Assembly: GCA_964036045.1 (NCBI GenBank)
Contig: OZ038378.1
Span: 96,038,001 to 96,102,000 of the forward strand
Direction of reading: 5' to 3'
DNA: 64,000 nt
Source: Eutreptiella sp. 'Long Island Sound 2002'
Taxonomy: Eukaryota > Protista > Euglenida
Positions within the stretch are counted from its first letter, which is position 1. Each line of letters opens with the position of its first letter. Under the pieces are notes generated by a model, which searched no databases, had not been told where the DNA came from, and was given only the letters and a program-made list of their open reading frames with translations. Both the position numbers and the translations under genes were made by a program. Shown here one piece after another: positions 32,939 to 44,200 of the stretch.

Positions 32939-35013
32939 AATACTTGCTGACCTAGTCGTCTTCTGGGCAGCCCCTACCCATCTAGAGCATGGTGTTCTTT
33001 ACCTCCTAGAGTGAAGTTGTGGTTACCCCAACAATCCCCTCTTGCCAATCACATCCTTTGCCCTCAAGCAAAACACTTAACCAACAGTGCATGGTCATAT
33101 AGCACCCAGAGCGCAATAGTCTGCATGTTTGATACACCTTTCCAGTGAATGGTTCTTTCTTCCGCCTTGCCCATCCAGACGGTGGGAAAGGTGAGGTGAC
33201 GTGCAGGTTTGAGTCTTGCTGGCAGCCTCATATTCTAACATTATTTTCTGGGGTCTAATTGAGGCGGAGACTGTTATGTCTCTTCCCTAACCTAACAACA
33301 TGCTAACTTTGGGGATGTTTGTTCGTTCGTTCAACGTCTGTTATCGTTGCTTGGGTATACGTTATACCCCCACCACCTGGTGTTTATGGCCCCCGCCATC
33401 ATGTACATCTAAATCCAATAGGTGCAGTGGGACATAGTAGTCCTAGCTTTCGGTAGATGGGGTGATGGGCGAAATGGGGAGTAGCCGGTGTACATAGTTC
33501 ATGCTTGACCTTGGGATGGTTCAATTGTGTACATAGGGCTAACCTTGCCGGACTTCGGCTCGCCATTAGCGTTGTGATGCCCATGGTTAGGCCGCTACGG
33601 TGTGATTGCCTTCTTCTTAAAAAAAAAACAGGCGGCAAAATTGGATGTCTCGTCCCCAACACCCTGCAATTGTCAGACAAAGTGGCTCCTGATGCACAAG
33701 TTCCTCCCCGGGAGAATGCTGTGCCATCCACATCCACAAGTTCCACAACAGCCGCATCTGGCAGCCACCCGGTAGAGGGAGGGATCGCCCCAACGCGTAT
33801 GCCACTTGTGCGGTACAACCTGTGCTCCCCAGTGCTGCAGTGGGTGGTGGGCTGGGACTGTGCTATGCGACTGTGTTGCTTGTCGTCATGCACATCCAGG
33901 TGTAAGCCACATCTGTGGAACTACCTGTGCTCCCCTTGTGTAACCATATGTGAGGAAATTTGACTGTGGTTGCGGGCTGGGAGGAGGGGGTGGCTAAGAG
34001 CGCTGTCCACTGTCAACAGCCTCCTGCCCCGTTTTGTGTGGCTGCCTGTGGGCCATTTGCAGCCCACAGGGTCTAACTGTACCTCCATTAGCCCCGGGTT
34101 GGGTCGGGTCGGTGGCCCTTCCCATTGGGTTCACCGGCACGCCACGCTGAGGCTGAGGCCCCTGTTAGATGGGAGGGGATGCTCGGAACACAGAAAGGGG
34201 AGGCAGGCGGTAATGGGGGTGGTCCCTCCATGGCTGCCTGGTGCAACTGCAGTCGCATGGCGGTGTTGGTTCACTCCTCGGGGCACCAGCGTGGTGCAAA
34301 GTGCATGGGACCCTTGGCATAGGCAGTACACATGTTGGCGGTGTTTGGTGTAAGGTTGGGTGCATCAGAAACCATACCTGTAGCCAGCAAGTAACCAAGT
34401 ATATGTCCCAATTTGCATGATTTCATGTAAGTGCCAAGAGCTCAGCCATAGGCGTAAGCAAGCCATTTGGCAAAGGAAAGCATGGTATGACCAATGGTGA
34501 CAACAGGAGTGGCAGTGTTCGCAGCCAACCCATGAGGGCAACGGTAGTGGAATGTGGCCTTCTGAGCAACCTGAGCAAGCAAAGCAAGCGGTGAGGGAGC
34601 AGCAGTGTGCTGAGTCTGCATGCTTTTGTGCCACAGGGGTGGGTGATTAGGGTGCAAGTTCACAATTATTGGATGCGATGAATGCCAGACATCGTCGACA
34701 TATTGGTATAGAAGTGTCTTTGTACCATTCTGAATATTTCCAGGCATTTCCGAATGTATTCAAATGTTTCCGAACCAGTGACATACCTTCAGGGTGTCAT
34801 AGGCGTTGGACCATAGGAACAATGTGAAGCAGGAACTCGACAAACCGGAACCATGAGAGATCAACAGACAAGTGCAGGATATGGTTGAAATCCTGACTGC
34901 AGTCACACAAAAAGTATTTCGGCACACAGTTTGCGCGCCATGTCACGCGCTCTTCCCTCCCTCCTTCCCGTCGTGCCCCATCAGGACACTTCCTTACGCA
35001 CTACCCTGCCCAG

Positions 35014-35406
35014 GCCTACTGCCAGACCAAGCGCGCCAATCTTTGGTTCACGTATGAGCTAAACCGCCGGTATTTGGCCGATGGCATCACATCCACCAGC
35101 TGCCACCCTGGCTACTCAGCAACGGAGCTGCAGCAGAAGGCCGACGGATTGCCGGGTGTACGCAACTTTCTGGTCGACTACGGCAACAAATATATGGCGC
35201 AGTCCCCAGCAGTAGGGGCCCTGCCACAGGTTTATGCAGCCGTCCATGCACAGCCAGATGACTACATTGGCCCCGTCTATTATATGATTGGGCCCCCAAT
35301 CAAAGTGGGGCACTCTCTGAGAGCTTTTCCCTTTCCGGCGGATGAACCAAAGGGCCCGCAAGATCTGTGGGAATTGAGTGCGAAACTGACAGGACTCGGG
35401 GTCTGA
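35014..35406 (+). CDS. Terminal exon of a short-chain dehydrogenase/reductase (retinol-dehydrogenase-like subgroup)
   Basis: Acceptor ctaccctgcccAG, then AYCQTKRANLWFTYELNRR (YxxxK), CHPGYSATEL, AQSPAVGALPQVYAA, LWELSAKLTG and stop; no disabling mutation. Confidence 0.9.
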   Translation, partial: AYCQTKRANLWFTYELNRRYLADGITSTSCHPGYSATELQQKADGLPGVRNFLVDYGNKYMAQSPAVGALPQVYAAVHAQPDDYIGPVYYMIGPPIKVGHSLRAFPFPADEPKGPQDLWELSAKLTGLGV

Positions 35407-35520
35407 GCGACGCACAGACGGGTCATTTTGCTGCACAGAGTCCCGCCAGCCCTGGTCTGTCCCCCGTTGGTGTCCCCCGGCAGTGTGTGGGCAGCGGGAG
35501 GGGGACACTCGAGCCCTTTG

Positions 35521-35971
35521 GGACTGTGCAACCCCCCCGAATGCCTGTGGTTGTCAGATGCGTAACACCAGCCATGCTGTTGGGGTGTGGATGTAGAGCT
35601 GGGCATGGTTGCTTGCTGTCCAGACACCAGGCATCATATAATTCTAACAGCTTTGCTGAAAAAAAACAAAGCCACTGTCTGCGAGCAGCTTCAGCACAGA
35701 CACTTTCCCCCAAAAACTTAGAAGAGCCCCGAAAGGAGTGTGCGATACCCCTTGCTCCTGGAGGTATGGACCCATGCCACCATCTCTGAAGGTCTGCCCG
35801 TTTGGCATTCCACAGATGGCAGTGGGCGGTCGACGGACGAAAATTGGAACGCAACCGACGGAGAGTTGCCTGTCAACCAGTGCTGTGTGCAGGATGAACC
35901 TGCTGCGACTCCGTAGCCAGAGGGAATCTCAATGGGCATTGGTGGTATGTTTGAGGGGTCAGGTTGAATGG
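35521..35971. repeat. Interspersed ~450-bp repeat R, copy 1
   Basis: Near-identical to 41576-42026; a partial third copy lies at 42101-42172. Confidence 0.9.
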
Positions 35972-36167
35972 CACATTGTGCTGGGCTGTGCTGTTGTTGC
36001 TGCTGTTGGGGCTGGGCTGTGACGTTGTACTGGCAGCAGAGGCCCAGGGTCGTAGTTCAGGAACCTTGTCTCTTTTTGTACATTTTAAGTTTCGTCAAGG
36101 ACAGGCCCAAGGGCGCCGGCGGTCACAGATAAATGAACGGCGGTCGCCTTGAAAGCGATGGGAGTTG

Positions 36168-37367
36168 GAAATGGATCATGGGCGACTGGAGGGTAATTGG
36201 TGGTCTGCTGCTACAGGGGTCGTAGGCTGCCAGCGATTTTTTAGCGAGTCGCAGTTGTGGTGTATCCTTTACTTGTGGCATCAGGGAAAAGGTGCGCTGG
36301 CCGGCGGTGCATTGCAAAGTATTCAGTGCACAGGGTTCACAGTCTGTGGATGTTCCACAGGATAGGCATTTTTTGGGAGGGTGTCGAATGGCAGGTGACA
36401 GTATGGCAGTCACACGATGTATGGGCTTTGGGGTGGCGTCAACGTTTGTAGACACTCTTTGCTCTGTGAGACTTTGCTTGTGAGTTGCGCAACCATTGAA
36501 CTTCTTGCATCGAAGTGTACTGGGAACAGTCAACAGGATGGGAGCAACACTGCAACCCCGTCTGCCAAACGTTAGAAGTTCGGAAAGAACTTCCTGTACT
36601 GCTTTGAAGAGGGCCTGAGAGGAATGCGGTGCCTACCAACAAACCCACCAATTTGTACCAAGAAAACCCCCCGCTTTGTACCAGAAAACCCCCCGGCAGA
36701 TTCCAAAAGGCCCCCAAAAATGTACCAAAAAACCCCCCAAATGTCCCAAAAAACCCCCCGTTTGTACCCCCCCCCCCCTATTGACGTTGCCGGAATGGAC
36801 CCCCACAAATCCAATGTGCACCAACAAAACAGCCTTTCTACCAAAAAAAATAGCTGTCTTCCCCATGTATGCTACACTTGTGGACCGTTGTGTACCAAAA
36901 AGCCAACTTGGTTGCCCCCTTTCATGCTAAAAACCCCCAGGATGGGTTACCCCGGGGTTTCCTCCTTTCCACTACTTTCTACAACTCACACCCCCTCCTG
37001 CACCGAAGCAAAACACTGAGAGGACACTCACATATAGTTCCATGACCTTCCATTCCCTCTCCTACCTCGATGCCTAAAATCTGCCTGAATGGACCAGCCA
37101 CATGCAGTACAAGCAAAGCGAGACCTGGGCATACAATTGAGGGGGGGGGGTAACAGTTCTGAGAATGCACCTACCACCCTGCCTGGGCTTTCACACCCCA
37201 CTCACTCCCTGAACACGTTGCACTGCACCAGCAGCCAGCGCACCCCTTCCCTGATGCCACAATTAAAGGATACACCACAGCTGCGACTCGCTAAAAAATC
37301 GCTGGCCGCCTACGACCCCTGTAGCAGTAGAGTACCAATTATCCTCCCGTCGCCCATGATCCAGTTC
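36168..37367. repeat. Inverted ~160-bp duplication (36168-36325 vs 37208-37367) around a TGTACCAAAA/poly-C motif array
   Basis: The reverse complement aligns directly. TGTACCAAAA-like motifs occur at ~36654-36900 and inverted at ~37400-37480. Confidence 0.75.
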
Positions 37368-40146
37368 TGATGCATTGGTTTTTTGCTACATTTCGGGGGC
37401 CTTGGTGGTACATTTTAGCCGGCGGGGTTTTTGGTACATTTTGCGCCAGAAACGCGGGTTTTTGGGTACAAAGTGGGGGATTTTTTAGGTATTCACCATA
37501 GACGAATGGACTGCAACAATTCGGACGCAAAATTGGTGACTGTAGACAAAGTGGTGTGCCAAATCATGAGTACAGTTGTACAGTTGTGCAGCACGTTGTG
37601 TTAGGGTTGGGAATCTGTTAGTTTTGAAAACAACCGGTTTTGAATGATGATTTTCATGAAAACAATCCGTTTTTGTGACCATTGGTTTTCAAAATATCCG
37701 GGTTATCCGATTATTTGCCATTCACTAGCAAAATTTTGCCATGCCTCAAAAGGCAGCCCACACAACCCGGAGAGCAGTGGTCAAGTTCACCTCCGAAGTC
37801 GTAATTCACCATCGCCCATCTTTTATTGCTACCAAAGGCCTTTTAGTGTTAAAGTTGGAGAAAATGTATTGATGAAGAGAACCCCAATTCGCAACCATCC
37901 GATTAGGCAAGATTCATGCAGGTGATAGTCACAAGGCCAAGGACAACTCAAAGAGGCTCGTAAGGAATGCAGAGTGTGCGAGCGTCGTGCATGTTTTTAT
38001 TCAGATGTGGATTGTTTTTTTGTAGGTCAGTGTAGGCACAGGTGCTGTGGCAAATCGGCCCAAGTGTGGGAATTCTTTTTTTCGGTGCTTTTGAGGAAAC
38101 TAGGCCAATGCTAGTTGAGATACATTTTGCAAAGCCCTGTCCTCCACGCCGGAGGCCCCTGGTGTTTGGGTGATGGACACCCACGCTTCGGTGTGCCCTT
38201 TTGAGTTGGGGATATCAAAATACGTGGGTCGCTTCAACTCCCTGGTGCTTTTTAGGCTACCGGGTCAATATTGGTTAGGTTTTTATGTTGCATTGCATTG
38301 CATTGTCATGTGTGCTACATATGATGCAACTCAAAGATGGCGCAGGCTACTCAACCATAGTGCCCGCCTCTATTCCAACATACGGCTTGAAAAATTTTTC
38401 ACAAGTTCGTTTTCGGAGTAGCTGGCGAGCTACTTATTGCGAGCTTTGGAACTAGCATGTAGCAGGCCGTCTCACCCATTCAGCTCAGGTCTGCTAAATC
38501 ATCACTGGATTCTTTTGCATCCTCTGCCCCTAGTCCGTCATCATTTTGCAATTTTGTGCGCTTCTTCCCCTTGGCTTCATGCGCTACGTTGAGTATGTTA
38601 ACAGGCTGCATGAAGAGACGGTGGACCGCAAATTACCCCCCTTCCCACAATTGCCACAATTTACCCTTTGAGTTGACATATCTACCCCCTCAAGTGGTAA
38701 CTTGCTATTACCGGGGGGAGGGCCATTTCTCCTGTTTTTGGTGTGGGCGGAAGGTAGTTGGTAGCATATTAGACGGTTAATTTGCAAGTTTGTAAAGGAG
38801 TAAACTCTGTTATCTAGGAGGGTAAAGTAACATCCTTTTATGGAGGAATTATGCTTATTGCCCGTTACGATGACATGGTTTGGGGACCGTTCTTAGCCTC
38901 TTACGGCATCTTTTTTCCATCATTTTTTTACATGGTGTGCCCCGTCTTGTAAGATATGTCATGTCTCACTTTTGCTAGCCCCAAAACAAGCAATAGTGGC
39001 ATCGAAGACTGCCAACATTTGACTTATTTGTCATCAATATACGAGTACAACTTGTCCTGTTGAAATCTGTGGGTTAGTCAAGTTCCGTATTGACGCCGTC
39101 TATGCCGCTTCTTAGGATGGTAACAAGCACTACCGGGAGCAAGAATAGAAAGAAAAGGGGGACGGCCACTACGGCCCGAAGTGTGTAGACAAGACGGGTG
39201 AAGGGAACGTTTGCGTGGCCTGTCACGTAGCGGCATGCAGCAATGAGGCATACCGATGACAGCAACTCAAGCGTCATACATGTACCATGAATGGTATTGT
39301 GCAATATGTTGCCACCATTGGCGCAGTATTTCATTTTTTGCTCGCACAGATTTGCCTGCCTCCCCATTCATTTTCCTTTTCTCTCTCACACATGCAGACA
39401 TTTACGGCATGGTATGAGCAGTCCGCATATATAATCTTTAGGGACCCATTTGAAGCAGTTTGACGGCCTAGCTTTGTGCAACCAGTGCTGCGCATCACTT
39501 ACTTAGGCGGCCGAAACACGTACGCTTTTGTACCGGGATGTCTGCAAATTTGCGATAGGTAATTTGCCCGATTTACCTACTTCTTTTTTTTTCCACAAAA
39601 TTTGACTACTCAGTTTTTGGACCCAATTACCCACAAAAATGCATGATTTTCCTCCAAAAAAAGCCGTCACAATTTTTGCCATTTTACCCACTTTTCTGTA
39701 AAATGCACCATATTTTGGGGTTTTTTCGACTATAAAACCTTGCTTTTTGTTGTTGTCCTCTCCTTCCTTTTTTTGCACCCCTAAAAAATCCCAGTTTTAC
39801 GCCGGAGGTTGCCGAAATGATGTAAAAGTATAACAGTTTCCTCTTCGTATTGCGAGGCCTCGCAATGGGAGACATGAATCAAGGTACTTCCTATCAATTA
39901 CCCACACTTTGGGGCTACATAAAGAAGCAAAAAGAGAATACAGACTGCTAATACATTGTGTGCGATGACACGCGAGGCTTTCAGAATACGGACTGCTGCC
40001 TTAGGGCCAATATAATCATCATTTCCAGAAGATGCACCCGAACCCAAAAGAGCAAAAAATGGCGAGTTGCGTAATCTGAGAATGCGAGGCCTGGCAATGC
40101 GAGACGACATATCTCTTAGAAGAGGGCTGTAGTGCTAACAACGCGG

Positions 40147-43100
40147 TTACGTGGACCACTTCTTCTTCTTCTTCAACCCCGCTGCCAACATCTTGCTCCT
40201 CGCCGTCAAGCCCAGTGCTGTTCCCGGATCCGGAAGGCTCAGCGTCCTCTTCAACCCCCGGGGCTGCATCAGTGTCGTCTGCTTCGGCTCTACTGCCGCC
40301 TTGGTTTTGGCCATTTTTGGCTTCGCCACTTCGCTCGCCTCCGGCTCATCTTCATCTGCATCGCCAGCCTGGATCGCCCGAATCGGCGTTGACTTCCGAG
40401 GAGATCGCCGATCATTTTGCATCAGCACCGCGTCCTCCGGAACCAACAAGTCCTCGTCTGCAAGTTCTCAGGGGGACATACTTTGCGTTGCATGGATGAC
40501 ACTGTCCGGAGCGGCTCCCCAATGCTAATGGATCCACTGCTGCTTCTGGTAAGTAGAGGCCCGGTCCTAGAATTCATTTATGTTCACCTTTGGTCCCGAC
40601 ATGTCAGCGGCGACCCGTTGTAGGAGTGCTGGCTCGTACAGACTCTGCAGAAACTTTAGCTGGTTCATTGTCACTAGTATGTCCATGTTCTCGAAATTGA
40701 TCAAGGACTGCACCGTTGCGTCCGTCGCGTGGTACACCCAGGTGAAGAAAGGTCCAAAGGCCTTAACCGCACAAGACTACAAAGGAGTAGGGTACGTAGC
40801 CGAATTGCGGATTGCAAGGCCTCGCATTCTAAAAAGGAACATACTTGGAGTTGATTATCGGAACCCTGTGGTTTCATCCATCCACTTCCGCTTGCAGCCT
40901 TCGTGCTGGTTCGGTGAATGTGATCCCTGGCAGACTCCTCAGGCCAAGCCACGAATCCCGCAGATGCGTAAGGAAGTTGTCAGCTGCCTCCAACGGTGGC
41001 AGGGCAGAGACGTCCAGATCAATGGCGTGCTTCCGACCTGCAATTGCTACCCCGTACACCAAGTCGTCTCCGTCCTCAGCAGATTGACCTTAACAATTTG
41101 CATCCACTGTTGTGGGTCGAGGCCTTTCTCAAGACGTTCGCTTCGCAACTCAACCAGCGCACAGACACACTGCTACTTTGCCATGACCGTCCAATCATCG
41201 GCTGGCGACAAAAAAAGGTTCCCGAGACCGTACCGATGAAACATCGACACTACGGCCCGGGTACGTACCTGGTGATCGCCATGCAGTCACCGTCACAAGC
41301 TCCTTAGGAGGGATTGCAATGAGACTTCTTTTAACCTCATCCGCTCGCCTCTGTCGATACTTCCGGATCTGGCCGTACTTCTTCTGCCTGTCCATCACAA
41401 GAGTTGTGACGTCGAAATTAGAATTGCAAAGGCTTCTTGTAGAACCTCAAGAACTCCTGTGGCACCGTATCATGCGTGGATGGTACTTGTGAGGTGTCTG
41501 GTAATGCTCTGCTTGCTTTCGTTTGCGTCAGGCTCTCTGCCATGATGAAATAGGCTTGTGAAAAGTAAAAAACTGTGACTCTGCAACCCCCCCGAATGCC
41601 TGTGGTTGTCAGATGAGTAACACCAGCCATGCTGTTGGGGTGTGGATGTAGAGCTGGGCATGGTTGCTTGCTGTCCAGACAGCAGGCATCATATAATTCT
41701 AACAGCTTTGCTGAAAAAAAACAAAGCCACTGTCTGCGAGCAGCTTGAGGACAGACACTTTCCCTCAAAAACTTAGAAGAGCCCCAAAAGGAGTGTGCGA
41801 TACCCCTTGCTCCTGGAGGTATGGACCCATGCCACCATCTCTGAAGGTCTGCCCGTTTGGCATTCCACAGATGGCAGTGGGCGGTCGACGGACGAAAATT
41901 GGAACGCAACCGACGGAGAGCTGCCTTTCAACCAGTGCAGTGTGCAGGATGAACCTGCTGCGACTCCGTAGCCAGAGGGAATCTCAATGGGCATTGGTGG
42001 TATGTTTGAGGGGTCAGGTTGAATGGTAATGCTCTGCTTGCTTTCGTTTGCGTCAAGCTCTCTGCCATGATGAAATAGGCCTGTGAAAAGGAAAAAACTG
42101 GGACTGTGCAACCCCCCCGAATGCCTGTGGTTGTTAGATGCGTAACACCAGCCATGCTGTTGGGGTGTGGATAAAGGAAAAAAACTGGGTCACTCGGCAT
42201 GTATTTAAGGTTTGATTGCGACGGCTCCCATTCGAAAACACGGGTATTTGCCTACAGTTACGTACTTTGTATTGCTAGGCCTCGCATTGAGAGAGGAAAA
42301 TTAGCTCCCAAGCGTACTTCTTCAAGAGCTGATTGCGAGGGCTCGCATTCCAGTCACGAATCAGCAAGCAAAATCATAATTGTGCGCGCAATAACAACAA
42401 CAGAGCTGGGAATCAACCTAAAACCGATTCTTTGCATAGGTAAAGGCCCAGATTGTGTCCAACATGTTCGTTTTCTGCGCATCAGACCGCATAGTAACCT
42501 TGTTAACCATCAACCGTACCACAGCAGGTGAGAAGTACCGGGGCCGCCGCAGAAATGTACTCAAAACATCGGTCAACAAAGTCCTGTATGTGTACAGGCT
42601 TGGCTCTCTGTAAGGCTCGGACGGAAAATCCGGATCATACACCCAGTGCCTCACCATACTCGAGCTACCCGATTGCCACGGACAGTGACGAATTCTCACG
42701 CGGTCGTCAGCTACATATGAGTGCAACCGCTGCCAGATGTGTATTTCAATGTTGGACGACAAACCGCTGACCAGGAGGCGCCTGTTGATTCCCGCGGGAC
42801 AGATTTGGATGAACAAATCTTCCACGTCGCGGGATGTGACCGCCAAGGTGTGTCTGTCTTTCATAGACACCAGTCGACTTTTCGTCAAACTCTTCACCAT
42901 AGCATAATCCGGGCAGGGCATTGTTGAAGCGGACACCAGTGCTGAAGTAAGTTTACCGTAGTTTTACATACCATACCCTTCGGTCGATCCATTGACGTCC
43001 CACCGTGATTGGCAACAGCCTATAACCTGTTCGCCTTTCGCCGCAACTGCCGCAAGAAATGCGGCGCACACTTCAGAATGCCAGCAAAAGTTCTCCCCAT

Positions 43101-44200
43101 CCTTCTCATCTTAGGGTTCGACCCTACTGTTTTTCCTACTCCTAAGCGGCCAAAGCGGAAGTACACAACGACAGAGTGCAAGTGCCGCCACACGTTTGTC
43201 ACAAGGTATTTATAGGGATGCCAACAGCCGTACAAGATGGGAGTTCTCTTGAGGTTTTTGTGCCAGTTCCAGTGCTGCATTCTGTCACAGTACAATAACT
43301 TGAGGCATCGTTTGTGTCCGTTCTCATCGACGGGGATGGGCACAATCCGGTGCGTGTGGTCCGACAGCGATGTAATGTAGTCCAACACCTGAGGGAGGCT
43401 TTTGTACAAGGATACCTGATGCGTAGTCAGCAACAGTGGTTTCCAACCAGGATCTGGTGCTGGATCTCGCACGATGTCAAGCTGATGCTCGGTATTGGCG
43501 CCGGTCCGTCCGCAAGCAAGCCCAGATTTGTTACTATCCCACGAAAGCTCCGTTTCATTCTGACCAGCGCTGCAGCCACATTGCGGATGCTGCTGATAAG
43601 CACATCTATGGTTGGGTGTCCTCTGAAGTACAGCAACCTGCAAGGAATCTCAACGACACACAGCGCTGTGCAAATTTGGGACTGATCCTGGATCGTTGTA
43701 TGCGTTGCATATTGCTTAATGTAGCAATGGTCGATCCAGACGCAAACCTGCCGGTTCTCCATCCAACGCCATGTTTCAAGCATCTTTGCCGTGGACCGTT
43801 GCTTCATAGTTTCCTCTCACAGCCGAAGCAGTCATATCTTGTGCAACCGGCGTCTGTTCTGCCGCCCGATAGAGGCAAACCCTGGGGCGTCCTCCTCCTG
43901 GTGTTGGGGTGTGCACCGCAAGCGCAAGATTTTGTATTGGTTAACGAACTCGTCTGTGAAGTGCATGGTGGCTAAACTCTCTGGTGTGCCTTTCAGTCTC
44001 TCGCGTGCCGTGTGTTCTACTTCAGTTGCAACAAGCGCGCAAAATACAAGAAGAAAACAGCTCCTCTCTTGTTCCTTTCAACAGCAGCCCATTGGGATTC
44101 GAAGTTGGTATATCCATGTTCTGTTGCACAGAATGCTCGCAATCATCATCCGACAATCCGATCCAACTCCCTCTGCGCTGGAAGCGCAGTGTTGCGTGGC
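40147..44200 (-). pseudogene. Multi-exon DDE-type transposase (Academ/DUF6589-like motifs), degenerate
   Basis: VCVWIDHCY (DN-like), VPIPVDENGHKR, ILYGCWHPYKY resemble the Academ DN / DQ.LY / G.LH motif series. The intron 40777-40844 (GTATGT..tttgTAG) gives a clean in-frame downstream exon SCAVKAFGPFFTWVYH. Confidence 0.55.
41576..42026. repeat. Interspersed repeat R, copy 2 (inside the TIR element)
   Basis: Same sequence as 35521-35971; flanked by duplicates of a ~77-bp segment (41499-41575, 42024-42100). Confidence 0.9.
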
